DNA from: Cyanophora paradoxa CCMP329
Taxonomy: Eukaryota; Plantae; Glaucophyta
Length of the DNA: 64,000 nucleotides
Assembly (NCBI GenBank): GCA_004431415.1
Contig: QPMI01000184.1
Coordinates: 1-64,000 of the forward strand
Reading direction: 5' to 3'
The position numbers and the translations under genes are program-made. The number at the start of each line of letters is the position of its first letter. Position 1 is the first letter of the stretch. The notes below the pieces were generated by a model. The model was not told the origin of the DNA, did not search any database, and saw only the letters and a program-made list of their open reading frames with translations. Shown here in pieces: positions 10,701 through 24,300 of this stretch.

Positions 10701-13604
10701 AGAGGGCCGATCTGCAAAGAGAGGACTCAGGGACAGCGCGCGGGGCGACAGAAGGCGCCGGCGGTACCGGAGGGGGTACAGGAGGAGCTCGGTGACGAAG
10801 GGGCCGCAGGAGCGGGGGGAAAGGTGGGCGGCGGGGCCGGGGGGCCGTCGGCGGGGCCGGGGCGGGGCGGGGGCGGGGGCGAGGGCGCGGCGTGCGAGGC
10901 GGGCGAGGGCGCGCCAGGCGGGGCGCCCGAGGCCGCCCGCCCCGCCGGCAGCGGCCTCGGCGTGGGCGTCGGCCTCGGCGGCGCGGAGGAGGAGGGGCCC
11001 CTGGGTGCTCAGCGCCCCGCACAGCGCCAGGCAGCGCTCCAGCGAGGAGGAGGCGGCGGGGAGCGCCCGCATCCAGTGCACGGCGAGGAACGCCCCGGGG
11101 GGCACCCCGCCCCCGCCCTGGCTCCCGCCGCTCTCGCCCTCCGCCGGGGGAGGGTCCAGCGGCACGCGCAGCGCCGCGGAGCAGAGGTCCTGCGAAGGCC
11201 TCAGCGCCTCCGGGAGGGGCGCGCGGCCCCCCGCGGGGGTACGGGCGCACGGCGGGCCCGAGGCGCTCGCAGATGGCCGCGTAGCACTGCTCCAGGGTGG
11301 ACACGAGGGCGGGCACCGCCCCCTGCTCGGAGGCGGCGGCGGCGGCGGCGGCGGCCAGGGGGCCTGCGGGGCCGTCGGGCTGGGAGGGCGGGGGGACGCG
11401 AGAGGGGCGGCCGGGGGAGGGTGTACCCAGGTGGTCGGCGAAGGCGCGGAGGACGGCGCGGACGCCCTGCGTGCGCGCCTCGCCCCGGGCTGCGAGGGTG
11501 GGAGGTCGGCGGGGCAGCGGGGAAGGCGGGTGGGGGCGGAGGTCAAGGCCACCGTGGGGGGTGCAGCGAGCGACGAGTGCGGCCCAGGCGTGCGCGTACG
11601 CCGCCGGCCCCTCCTGCCGGTCGCCTTCAGGGGGAGGGCGGGGCACATGGAAGAGGGAGCAGAGGGCGGGGCGCACGGGAGAGGAGTGGGCGCGGGGGGC
11701 GGCGTGGAGGAGGCGGGGGAGAAGGGGCGCCGGCTGGAGGGCGGGGTGGAGGAGAGGCCGGGGCCCCGCGAGGAGCGCGGCGAGGTCGCGCCAGGCGGTG
11801 GGGGCGAGGGACGCTCTGGCGGGGCCCAGCAGCGCTGCCACGACGGGCTCGACGAGGGGCGGGCCGGCGGGGGCCTCGGCGGGGGCGAGGGCGAGCACGT
11901 GGCGCCACGTCTCCAGGCACTCCTTCCGCACGGGCGCCGCCTCCTCCCCGTTCAGGCTGCCGGCCGGCCGAGGGGGCCGCCTGAGCGGAGCGGGCGGGGG
12001 CGGGGGCGGGGGCGGGGAGGGGGCACCCGTGGAGGAGGGGCTTGAGGAGGGTGGCGGCGTACTTGGGCCGGGCGAGCGAGCCCGCCCCGTCCGGCGTCCC
12101 CGCCGCGATCGCCTCCGCCACGTGCCTGCCGCCCCGCTCGCACCGGCGCGAGGCTTCGCAGGGGGTACGACGCACCGCCAGGCCCGGTACGCGGCGGCGC
12201 GGGAGGCGGGGGCGCCCTTCCCGAACGCCTTCTGCTCGGAGCGAGGGGCGTCGGGCGGGGGCGGGGAAGGAGGGAAGAGGGCGGAGCGGCGCACCCCGAT
12301 GAGGGCGAGCATGGGGTTGCAGAGGTCGGGCTGCAGGAGGCGCGCCCCGAGGAGGGCGGCGGCCGCCTCCCACGCCGCCACCGCCGCGCCGCAGTCCGAC
12401 CCCGCCAGCCGCCCGATGCCCGCCACCAGCGCCTCCGCCCCGCCCCCCGCCGCCACCTCCTGCCCCGCCCCCGGAGGTCACGTGGAGAGATGGGGGATGA
12501 GGGTACAGGGGGGGGGGGGGGGGGGGAGTACGGGGCGGACCGCGGCGAGGTCGGCGGAGGGGAGCCGCAGGTGCGCCCGCGCCTCCGCGAGGGCCTCCCC
12601 CGCCTCCCCGCGGAGCCTGCGGGGGGTACGCGGCTGTGAGCAGATCGGGCGACGGGGGGTACGCGCGAGGAGCGCACTTCTCGAGGTCGGAGAGCATGAG
12701 GCGGAGGAGGGCGGTGGCCCAGCGGCGCGCCGCCTCGGCCTTGCCGCTCGCCGCCGTCCCCAGCGCGCGGCGGAAGGCCTGCCGAGGCGCTCCTGTCAGC
12801 GGGCGGCGCGCGGGGGCCGGCGCTCGCGCGCGCGCACGACGACCGCCTCGAACTTTGCGAGGGCGGACCCGGCGGCGTTGTCGGCCGCGGAGCGCAGGGC
12901 GGCGAGCGCGGCGCCGGCGCGGCCCGTCTCGAGGCAGGCGGCCTCCCGCGCGGCCTCGCGGGCAGCGAGGCAGCCCAGAGCCCAGGTCGCCTGCTTCAGC
13001 AGCGGCTGCGCGGCGGCGTGTGAGTTGCCGTGCGGCGGCGCGCCCGGGCCGCGGCGATGTCGCGCGCCTTGTCCGTCTCCATGTCCGCCGCCGCCGACGA
13101 GACTAACGCGGTAATTCGATCAAGGGCCGCTTCCAGCGCGCTCGCTGCCCCCCCGCGCGCGTTAGAGGCCCGTGCGCGGCCGGCGGGCGCTCGGGGACGC
13201 ACCGTCGAGAGCAGGGGCCGCGGCACCGATGAAGCCCAGACACTCCCTGCGCATGCGCTCTCATGTTTGAGCGCTCTCGCTCGCCCATTACGTGCATGCC
13301 GGGAGCGGGCGCCGCACGCTTCAAGCTGGAGGAATTCGAGCTGTAGCGCCCTGCGGACGAGGCGACAGGCCATCGTGTTCACTGTACTCGAAGCATTCTC
13401 GTCAATACCGAATTCCTGTATCGCGCTCGAAGCTGCGCAGGGGTCGCATCAGCTCGCGCAAGCGGCCCGCGGGCGCCATTCAAAAGATGCACCGCGTGCC
13501 CAGCTCGCGCGTCTTGCGGAGGCGTCCTTCGCATTCGCAAGGTCCAGCTCCCCCCGGCGAAGTTGCTCTAGCGCGCCGAGGGCGCCGGCGGATCCGGCTG
13601 GCAT
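7788..13604 (-). CDS. RIF1: RIF1-like protein (HEAT-repeat N-terminus, C-terminal PP1-docking SILK and RVxF motifs)
   Basis: N-terminal helical exons (LCNPMLALI/EKAFGKG...RAAAYRAWRHV...ATLLKPLL) resemble Rif1_N. A long low-complexity linker follows, then RSILKR (8391-8402) and RRVCF (8244-8255). Gene ends are approximate. Confidence 0.72.
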
Positions 13605-13850
13605 GATGGACCGTGCTCGACCTTGACGACCGTGCAGGACGTGTATGAGCGCTCGTACAGCTTGCAGCTGCGTACAGCCTTCTAGCAGATGTCGCTGGGG
13701 GGCTGCTGCTGTCCACAATTTCGAATTGAAAAAAGCGCGCCGAAAGGGGGGTAGAGCGCTACTAGCGCGTCAGCCAGCGCTAGCGGAGCCGGCCAAGCGC
13801 TCGTAGGCTCCCAATTCTCTAGACGCAGCCCGTGCTAGTGTCTGTGGCCG

Positions 13851-15653
13851 ATGTCGCTCGGGGCTTTGGAGCCGCCGCCGGAGCCGCCGTCTTGGAGCGC
13901 GTGGGTCGACGGCGCGGTGGGCAAGCTGGAGGAGGCCCGCCTGCTGCGCGACCTGCGGGCGATCGCCCCGTCGCATTGCGCGAGCGGGCACGCGGACGCG
14001 GCCGCTGTGCGCGTCCGCCTCGCGGCGCGGCCGGTCGAGCCGCTGGTGCTCTTCTCCTCGAACGATTACCTCGGGCTCTCGACGCACCCCGCCGTCCGCG
14101 ACGCCGCCGCCGAGGTGCGCCCCCACCTCGCCCGGCGGCTCTGGCTCGCGCGCGAGCGCGAGCGGGCTCGGGCAGGCGGTGCGCGAGTACGGCATGGGGC
14201 CGCGCGGCTCGGCGCTCATCTGCGGCTACTCGAGCCTCCACCAGGCGCTCGAGCGGCGGCTCGCCCAGCTGAAGGCACGCCCTTCCCCCCGCCGCGCCCC
14301 CGCGCGCGCCGCCGCGAGCGAGCGGACGGGCGCGTGCGGGCGCACGCAGCGGACGGAGGAGGCGCTCCTGTTCCCGACGGGCTTCGCAGCGAACATGGGG
14401 GCGCTGGCCTCGCTGGGCGGGCCCGACGTCGCCATCTTCAGCGACGAGCTCAACCACGCCTCCATCGTCGACGGCTGCCGCCTCGCCGTCAAGCTGGCGC
14501 GTACCCCGCAGCGCGCTCGCCCCGCCGCTCTGAAGCCTCGGCAGGGGGCGACGCTGCGGGTATACAGGCACCGCGACGTTAGGGAGCTGGCCCGCATGCT
14601 GCGGGAGGAGCGCGACTCGGGCCGCGGCCGCCGCCTCGCCATCGTCTCCGACTCCGTCTTCAGCATGGACGGCGACCTCGCGCCCCTCGCCGTGCGCCCC
14701 GTGCCCCCTGCGCCCCCGCCCACCCGCCCACCCCCATCCTCGCCCCGCAGGAGCTCTCCAGGCTGCGCAGCGAGTTCGGCGCGCTGCTGATCGTGGACGA
14801 GGCGCACAGCACACTCGTCTTCTCGGACTCGCCCGCGGGTACCGCGCAGCACGGCCCGGGCTTCCTCCCCCCCTTCGAGGCGGACCTGCGCGTGGGTACC
14901 CTCTCCAAGGCCGCCGGCTGCCTCGGCGGCTTCGTCGCGTGCAGGCGGGTCGCCCCGCCCCTCCGCCCCCGCCTGTACCCCCGACGCCGCCCCGCTAGCG
15001 CGCAGTGGAAGCGGTGGCTCCTCAACAGGGGCCGCGCCTACGTGTACAGCACCAGGTCTGAATCCACCCAAGGGCCCTTTCGCCGGCCGACCGCCCGACA
15101 TTGATCGATAGCCTGCCCCTGCCGGTGGTCGCCGGCGGCATCGCGGCGGTCGACGCGTCGGAAGCCGACGGTGCCGCCGTCCGCCGGCGCCTCTGGCGGC
15201 GCGTCGCCCAGTTCGCGTCAGGTGCGCCCCCGGCTGCCGCCCGCGCCTCGGCCGTGCCGGCCCGACACGTCGCCCCGCCGGCAGAGACTGGCCTTCGGCT
15301 GGAGAGCCCCATCGTGCCCATCGTCGTCGGGGACGAGTCGCGCGCCCTCTCCGCAGCCGCCGCCCTCCTCGAGAAGGGTGCCCCCGTCTCTCCCCGAAGA
15401 CCCTGCACCCGCCAACTGGACTCGGCGCCCCCCAGGGTTCCACGTGGTAGCCATCCGGCCCCCGACCGTCCCCAAGGGCACCTGCCGTCTCCGCATCGCG
15501 CTCAGGCGAGTCCCTTCCCTCGTCTGCCCCCCCCCCCCCTTGAATCGCGTACCCCGCAGCGCGGCGCACTCGGAGCAGGACGTCTCGCGCCTGGCGGCGG
15601 CCCTGCGGCAGATGAGGCTGGTGCCCCGCGCCGAGCCTCGGCCCCGCCTGTAA
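13851..15653 (+). CDS. bioF: 8-amino-7-oxononanoate synthase (biotin synthesis)
   Basis: FSSNDYLGLS, GMGPRGSALICG, FPTGFAAN, SDELNHASIVDG, DSVFSMDGD, VDEAHS, GTLSKA (PLP lysine) and AIRPPTVPKGTCRLRI lie in successive exons. Confidence 0.95.
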
Positions 15654-15768
15654 CACGTCGCTATCACAACTACATGCACACGCCTGACGATGCCTGCCTG
15701 TCTACATCGAATCTCACCTGCATGCTCCTTGTGCTGACCGCCCAGCCGGCCGGCGGGGCGGATGCGCC

Positions 15769-16820
15769 TCATATGAGGCAGAAGTACTTGCGGTCGCCGG
15801 AGAGCATGATGACCGAGTCGCAGCGGAGGAGGAACATCAGCGCGTGCTTCACCCCGTGCCACAGCGTCTGCCCCACCCCGCCTCGCACCCCGTGCACGAG
15901 CCGGCGGGCCGGGCCGGGCGGCCGGGCGGCCTGGCGGGAGCGGACCTGGAACCAGGGTGGGCTGCGCGCCAGCAGCTCTGCAAAGGGGTCCTCCTGCTGC
16001 TGCGCCCGTCGCTGCCGCCTGCGCTGCCGCCGCGCCTGCTCCGCCCTGCGCCGCGTCGGCAGCGGCCGTGGCTACCCCGGCGGGGCGGCGCGGCGGGCCC
16101 GCACCGGCTCGCCTCCTCCAGAAACGTCTGCACGTGCGGCGATCCACGAAGCGACTCCAGCGCGGCGCGCATCGTCCTCAGCTGGTCCCGCTGCGCAGCC
16201 GGTGCTCAGTGACGAGGAGCGGCGCGCGGCGAGCGCGAGGGGACCTGCTCTGTGGTGAGGTTCCTTACGGGATGCCTGGATATGAATGACGCGATCTCTT
16301 CTATCTGTCAGAGGCTTCAGCGAACGCGCGCCGGCCTCTGGGCGCCGCGGGGGCACCTGCAACGCGTAGGCCTGCCAGCAGGCGTCAGAACGCAGATTGT
16401 CTGCGCAAGCCAGTATGAGCACACCTGAAGCTCGTCGATTTGAGACGCTGAGAGGTCTGTGGAGTTCAGAGCTCCGGCTCCAGCTGCAGGCGCGCTGCTC
16501 CGGCGTCAACCCCGCGTAGGTTGCCAGGCGGCGCAGCGTACTTTTGAGAAAGAGAGCGTAGCAAGGTCGCGGCCGCGAGCGACGTCCGGCTCCGACCTCG
16601 CCTACCGCGCGAACTCGAACTCGAAGATGAAGGGCCTGCCGCAGGCTGGCCGGCGGCATCCGCGGAAGACGACGGCACGGTCTCAGGGAGAAGAACGGAC
16701 ACGTCTTCACCTTCAGCAGGACCACGCATCTGAGCAGAAGCCTCAGCCGCGAGCCTGCGTAGCGCAGCGCGGGCTAACCATTACCGACGGCACCGACGGC
16801 GCCTCGGGCTCGGCCGCCAT
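15769..16820 (-). CDS. Uncharacterised small multi-exon protein, divergent from RBX1
   Basis: ATG at 16820 (MAAEPEAPSVPS) is followed by short exons bounded by GT/GC..AG, ending ...WHGVKHALMFLLRCDSVIMLSGDRKYFCLI* at 15769. No family recognised. Confidence 0.4.
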
Positions 16821-16992
16821 GGCCTGCTTTTGTGGTTGGTTTGGCTTGACAGGTCACGGGGCTTCAACCACGGGCTTCAAGGGGCTTCCCGGCTACAACC
16901 GGGGCTACCCGGGCTTGTTGGTCCCGGGTACACTCGTTGTTCTTCAAGCGACTCTGCGCGAACTCCCGCCGCTGAAGCAGAGATAAGAAACG

Positions 16993-17653
<661 letters not shown>

Positions 17654-17979
17654 TTAGTGCCCTCGATGGCGCGTGTCGCACGCTCCCTCGCTCCTCGACC
17701 TCCGTGGGTCTAGTCCCTTTGGTTCCCTCCTCTCTGGTTCGTGCCCGCGGGCCATCTGTACAAATGACACTTCCCGATCCTTCTCTCCCTCCTTTTGTTT
17801 CCTTTCAACTTAGCAATCTCCACCCGCAATAGCATCCATAATGCCCGCCCCTTCCCCGCCATGTGTACGCTCTCGGCCGGGACGCGGGGCGCTCCCATGA
17901 GGGTTTCCATTTACCACAGGGCAGAATGGGGACATCCGGGCCCCGTCCATTGCACGGGCCTGGGGGTTCTGTACCTGGC

Positions 17980-18194
17980 CCGAACGAGATGTCCGGATGG
18001 CGCATGTAGAGGGACTTTTTAGTGACGGCACGCTCGAATTCGATGTATCCCTGAAGGTGGTACCGCCCCTCCTCCTCGCCGATCTCCTCGCTGTACAGAA
18101 GATAGGTCGCTCCGGGGAAGTCGTCGAGATCGAGCATTCCAGGGGTTTCGGGGCCAAATAGGCCGCTCTCATCGAATTTCTTAGGGTAGTTCTG
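17980..18194 (-). mobile_element. Endogenous CRESS ssDNA-virus Rep fragment (HUH endonuclease part)
   Basis: Intronless frame QNYPK...TYLLYSEEIGEEEGRYHLQGYIEFERAV. HLQG at 18048-18059 matches rolling-circle motif II in a circovirus/nanovirus-like context. There is an in-frame stop just upstream, and no motif III or helicase is visible. Confidence 0.7.
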
Positions 18195-18944
18195 TCACTT
18201 CCGCATTTGGACACGTACTAAAGACGGTGCAGCAGCCGCTGAGCTGCGGCTTCGAACTCGCATACTATGATACTGTGCACGTGACGTCGACATGTACACG
18301 TTCGACTAGCGTTAACGTTATGGGTTTCGATTTCATTGCAATTGAAGATACAGTCACATGTACATTACGTATACCAGGCTAATACTGTGATTGTGACACA
18401 TGAAAAGGATAGAGAAATAAAGGAATCGGATGCCGTCATGCTTACAGGGATGCACAAGAATGAGAATGTATGCATACAACGCTCGAATCGAATTCGAGTA
18501 ATTGACTCAGTGAATTGAGACTAATTTGGTGGCTATTTACCTGTTCCGCACTACGAGCACAATTATAAACTGCTGTACGTTGTTGGCTACGTAAAGCTAG
18601 TACTAGTGAAACCAGTGCCCGCTGAGACGAATTCGAAAAATAGAAACACGCGATCCTATAACTACGTATATACAGAGAATGTTGAGATACAAACTACGCC
18701 GCTGAGGCTAGCACGGGTGACACAGATGAGAAAGGGTGATCATGAACATCGAATAACGCGCGGAGGAGAACACTCTGCAATCCCATCGACAAAATTGACC
18801 AACGCCTAACTGACTCAGTGAAATCTTCCCCTTCTCTAGATCTCACGTACTAGTCTAGTGAAAAAAATGTACAATACAGCGGGGTGAATTCGCAGTACCC
18901 TTGGCGCCTGCAGGCGAGGTGGAGGGGGTGGAGGGCGACTGCAG

Positions 18945-19660
18945 CTACTGGGCCATGACCGATGCTGGGTCGAGGGGGCGCGGGGACGTGGTGGTGCGCC
19001 GCGGGGAGAGGCAGAGGCTGCGGAGGAGGGAGCCGTCGCGGGGGCGGGAGGAGAGGACGGGGCTCGGGGCCGAGGCGCCGTGGATGCGGAGGCGCGCCGA
19101 GTTGAGGAGCGCCGCCTCGAGCAGCCGCGTCGGCGAGGGCGACCGCGGCCGCGGCTCCGGCGACGTCGAGCGGAACGGGGCCCCCGGCGGGCTCGCCCCC
19201 GGCGACCCGGGGCCCGCCCGCGGGCTCAGAGACCGCGCCCCGCCCCCCATCCGCGGCGCCAGCGCCGCGTTCAGGTTCCCGTACGCGAGCGGGTCGGACG
19301 CCCGGCGCCTCGAGCTCTTCAGAGACGGCCCGGAGCCCCGGCGCTCCGCGAGCGCTTGGATTTTCTGCATTTGCGGCGAGAAAGGCTGCGGGGGCGAAAA
19401 TAAAATGACAATTAGCGTCCCCGTAAAGCCAATAAAAAATGGTGTGCGCAGACCTCGGGCGAAGAAAGCCTAGAGTCGAACGTGGGCCACATAGGAGAGC
19501 ACGGAATTGAACGGTCTTTGGCGGAACACATAATAGACGCCGCGCTCAACCCGTCGGCGATCTCGGCCTCCCAAACTGTGTGCTGAAGCTCGTGCCGCGA
19601 TCTGGAAGACACGAGCTCAGCACCGAGTGACGGAGCGGCGCAAACGAGACGGCTCAAGCT
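18945..19660 (-). CDS. Possible uncharacterised Ser/Pro/Arg-rich protein (ends unresolved)
   Basis: Coding-like segments ELQHTVWEAEIADGL and MQKIQALAERRGS...RRASDPLAYGNL are separated by plausible short introns. No homology recognised. Confidence 0.3.
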
Positions 19661-20457
19661 CACATCTCGAGAAGTGCCGGCGACAGCGTCCTGCGTCCCG
19701 ACCCAAATCCGTCGCCCGTGGTTCGCGTACGCCAGCTCGAAGGGACAGGCAGCGAGGAGGGTGGCAGCCGGAAGTCATCTGGAGCAACTACCGGCGCGAC
19801 ACGCCACGTCTTAACTGCCGGGGCATGCAAGTTCGCGTTCAACGCCGGTCGGGGCGAGAGGGAGCTGTCTGCTTGGCGCCCGCTGTTCTGCAATGTGGCC
19901 AGGAGTAACAGCGGCGTAGCGGAGGCTGCGGAGGGCACAATTAGACCGCGGGCGCACAATGCGAGACCGGTCGGCGCTGACCTGTGAGCCTCGCCTCCCG
20001 ACACATGGCCTCGCCGGTCATACAGAGCGCCATTTCGGCGTGCGAAAGCGCGGGCCCGGTGACCGAACCGGGCAGGCGCTCCGGTCTTCGTCTTGACGAT
20101 AACAGCAGCTCCTCGCGCTAGCGCTGGGTCCGCCCGCGCCTGATCGATGGTGCGCACTTCCTCGACGCTGCGCTGACGTGTACGTACGCGTACAGCAAAT
20201 GCAAACAGACAGAGATCTAGATCTCGACAGATCTCGTTTCGGTACGGTTGTCGAGGATGAAGATCCGCTCCTCCCCCCCTTCGATCTCCCCCACCACAAA
20301 AAACCGAGATCCTTTTTTTCCCTTGCAACTATCCTACGGAGCAGCAGCACCCGCCGCTCGAGCTCGAGCTCCAGCCTCCAGCGCGAGACGCGCGCGCGGC
20401 ATCTGCCCAGCTTATCTATAAGCAGCAACGCTAGCGCGAGCCGCGCTGCGCGTGACG

Positions 20458-22345
20458 ATGGCGTCGCTCCTCGAGTCGCCGCGCGGCGTGCGGCGCCGCG
20501 CGCTGCAGCTCGCCGTCGCCGCGGGTCTCTCGTGCTTCGTTGCGCTCGCCCTCGTGGCGTATCTCTTCACGCCGCCGCGATCCCTCGTCGCCGATCGAGA
20601 TTCAGAAGCGATCAAGATCCTGAAGGAGCTGGCCGAAGAAAGAGCGCGCAGGTGCTTTCGGCGCATGTCTTTCGCCCCGCTCGAGCTTACCCTACGGCTA
20701 GCGCTTCTCTACGCAGGGAGCTCAGCGTAGCGGAAATGGAGCTTCAAGATCTCCGGAACTCGTCTGCTGCACGGTAGGTCCTGCTGCTGTCGAGCCCCCT
20801 ACAGCTAGGCACTCAGATCAATTTCGCAGCGCCAGCGCCAGGCCGCCCGCGTGCGCCCCCGCAGACCGCTTCGTCTTCGGCATCCCCACGGTGTCCCGCT
20901 ACAAGAACTACCTCGTGGACACGATGAACGTGCGCTGCGCCCTGCTCGCGTCTCTTAAGCTTGCGCGCGTCTTGACGGTGTGTGACCCTGGCGCGGCCGT
21001 GCCGCAGAGCGTCATGCGGGGAGTGCCTGAGGCGGACAGACAGCGCGTGAAATTCGTCGTGCTGAACGGGCAGGAACCGCCAGAGGCTCACTCGGCCGTA
21101 GCGGCACTCCGCTCCGCCCGCCGCGCCGACCTCGACTCCGGCCATTTAACCGCGCGTACCCGTCTTTCGAACACGAGCGTCCGGCTTCACGCCCCTTGCA
21201 GATCATCGAGAAGCGGGGCGGCCACGCGGAGATGAACGGCACGCTGAAGCGGACCCACGGGGACTCGATCGAGCGCGTCCGCTGGCGCTCCAAGCAGGCG
21301 CCGCCCCCCGCCCCCCTCCCCGCCGCCCCCCTTAAGCTTCCCTCCTCCTCTCTCCCCCTCTGCCACCCGTACCTAGCTTATATATTGTACGGGCCTTACC
21401 TTCGCCCGCCTGCAGGTTCTCGATTACGCCACGCTCATGGAAGCTGCCGCCGAGCTTGGCGCGATTCCCTTTCCTTCCCCTCAGCGCTAGCTGTGCCCCT
21501 GTACCCCTGCAACCGTGACCTGACACCCATGACCAGGGGAGTACTACATTCAACTGGAGGACGACGTGGTCGCTGCCGCGGGCTGGTCCGCACTCCTCGA
21601 TGTGGCGTTCCCCCGAATTCGCTTTACACATTGGCACATCGCACACCAGGTTCACAGAGATGGAGAGCTGGACACGCAAGCACTTCGCGCGCCGCTGCGA
21701 CTGGTGCCAGGCGGGGTCCCCTTGGCCATCCCTGCGTGTCTCTGAGGAGGGCCGCCGGGCCGGCAGGCTCATGCTCTCCTTCTACACGCCCTACCGCATC
21801 GCGGACAGGGTGCTCCCCCTGCTCTGCTTCTCTGTCGCCGCCCGGCCCGCCGACGCCAATGCGCCAGGAGGAGTACACGGGCGGCTTCTGGGGGTTCATC
21901 GGGCAGCTCTACCGCACGGGGTGCGCGCCTCGCGTGGCGGGCACGAGCAGGAGGGGCCGGGAGCGAGGCGGCGTGCGCAGGGACCTGCCGGGCATCGCGC
22001 GCCACTTCCGCGCGCGCTTCGACGAGAGCCCCGTCGTGCGCCCGCCGGCCCCGGAGGCGGCGCGCCTGCGGGGGCGGACCGCGCTGCTCAGGACTGGCTG
22101 ATGGACGAGTACGCGCGCTCGTCGCGCCGCGCCATCTTCGCCCACGCGCCCTCCCTCTTCCAGGCCCGCCCGCCCCTCGCGCGCCCTCCCCGCGCCGGCC
22201 GCGCGGCGCCCGCGTCGAGGGGGCGGCGCCGGCGGCGCAGCACGTGGGGACGGTCTCGTCCCTCCCCGGGAAGGTGCAGGACGCCAAGGCCCCCGACTTC
22301 GCCGGCGACCGCCACCGCGCACCGGGCCCGGGCCCCGCCCGCTAG
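20458..22345 (+). CDS. MGAT4: GT54 family N-acetylglucosaminyltransferase IV-like protein (type II membrane protein)
   Basis: An N-terminal TM helix and coiled stem are followed by GIPTVSR..NYLVDT, RVRWRSKQ/VLDYA, YYIQLEDDV, DWLM and PSLFQ/HVGTVSSLPGKVQ, which are GT54 signatures. Stop at 22343-22345. Confidence 0.85.
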
Positions 22346-22799
22346 CCAGCCCCGCCCGCCCCGCCCCTCCCTCCAAGGTCGTGGGGTCTTGCGATTCGCA
22401 GACAACAAACAACCGGACAGCACAAGCTATACATGAAAGGGATCATGCACGCACGACGGATCAAGAGCAAGCACACGCTTCATGCAACCTACCTACTTCT
22501 ACTTCTAGTCGGTCAGATTACCTGAGCTAATTAGGAGCCTTACTGTCCACGGGAGTCATGGATACAAACCTAGTGAAAATGTATGAAACAGATACTAGAA
22601 ACCGATATGGATGGCGATGAAAATGGAGACTACATGGAGAGCGGAGAATACAGGGGCCTGCTATCAGGGAGCGGACGGGAAGCGAGCAAACGAAGCGGAC
22701 GGGAAGCGAGCAAACGAAGGGCCTCCGTGAAGGAGACCGAATAATCAAAGCGGAAAGCAATGCAAACATGGGGACGGGCACATGCGGCTGGGTTGATCA

Positions 22800-24300
22800 G
22801 GAGCGGCCGGCGCGGGCTCGTGCACGGTCACGGGGTGCGGCCGAAAGCCTGCGGGCGGGGGGCCATCAGGCATGCGAGCAACGAAGGGACGGAGGGAGGA
22901 GGGAGGGGCGAGGAGGGCGGACGGTGAAGCGGGTGACGCGGTTGGAGAGGGCGAGGATGGCGGGGTCCATGTCCGGCGAGCCGCCCGCCGCCACCGCCCC
23001 GGCCAGCAGCGCCGCCCGGTTCGTCTGCCCCCGCGCCGCCCGCGCCCGCGCCTGGATCCGCTGCCGCCGCTCCGTGTCCTCCCGCAGCGCCCGCGCCGCC
23101 GTCCGCTCCCCGCCCGCCCCTCCCCGGCGGCGGCGGCCGCCGCCGCCGCCGCGGAGACGACGGCCAGCTGCGCGCCCGGGGCCGGGACCGCGGCGGCGGG
23201 GAGCAGCGGCGCGGCCTGGGGCGTGGCGAGGGTCTGCCACGCGTCCGGCGCGACCTCTGCGGGGGGGCCTCAGGGCGGCGGCACGTGGCGGGCGAGAGGA
23301 GCGGGGCCGAACCGGTGGAGAGGCGGAGGCGGCGGTTACCGCTGGAGTCGAAGGTGGTGACGAAGTCGACGAGGGACTGGAGGAAGGCGGCGGCCCGCAC
23401 GACGAGGTCCTCCAGCGTCGCGCACGGGTCGTTCGCCAGCGCTGCCGCGGAAGCGTGAGCGCCAGCCGGCGCCCGCGCAGCGGAGCGGAGCGGGGCGAGG
23501 CGAACCATGGACGCGCGTGCAGGCTATCTGCATTATGGACTCGCGCCACCGGTCCTTCGTGACGCCCTGCCGCTGACAGCGCTCCTTGTCGAAGTTCCAG
23601 TCCCGCTTGGCGCGCTCGACAGACAGTGCGAACGCCCAGGGGGGAAGGAGAGCGCGCTGGACGAGCAGGTGCATGCGTATGTAGCGGTCGTAGTCGAGCA
23701 GGCACTCGTTGGTGCGAGGGGAGCTGAGCAAGCTCAGCGAGGCAGCCCGGCCGTTGTGAATCGCACACCAGAACTGAGTGCCAGGATGCGAATGTCAGAG
23801 TCACCAAACGCGAGCATAGTCACGCCGCGCCTATCCGGCTAGACTCGCGGCGCCTTCCCGCCTCAGCCCGCGGCGCGTCAACGGACGCGACCCGACTGGG
23901 TCCGTAGCGAGGCGCCCAACGGCAAACGATATGACGGACCTGTGCGATTGCATCCAAAGCCGGAGGATACACCTTGAGCCGTTCCTCGATGGCGGCTGGC
24001 GTCACCGACTCGAGTGAGGCAGGCTGCACTTGGGGCGGTATCGCAGGACTCCGCGGGGATGGTGTGGCCGGAACCAGCGAGGGCGAGTCGTCCTCGTGCT
24101 CGTCATCGTCCGTGCTGCTGAAGGAGGGCTTCCGCCGTTGAACCTCCGCCGGAAGCGACTTGTTCGCAAGTTCACCGGGAGCCCCCGAGCAGTCCATCGC
24201 GTTCATATCCTCTTCTTTCAGGGTGTCCCGGATCGAGCACCCCGCGACCGCAACGCCTGCCTCCATATCGCCCGCTTCAATCTTGTCCGCGACTGACAAG
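22800..24300 (-). CDS. Uncharacterised multi-exon protein (ends unresolved)
   Basis: An acidic Ser/Pro-rich first exon is followed by globular-looking exons (ECLLDYDRYIRMHLLVQRALLPPWAF; TLEDLVVRAAAFLQSLVDFVTTFD). Confidence 0.4.

Noticed and set aside
22670-22719. 24-bp tandem duplication (GCGGACGGGAAGCGAGCAAACGAA x2), and a similar imperfect one at about 44293-44388
   Set aside because: Ordinary local slippage duplications with no further structure.
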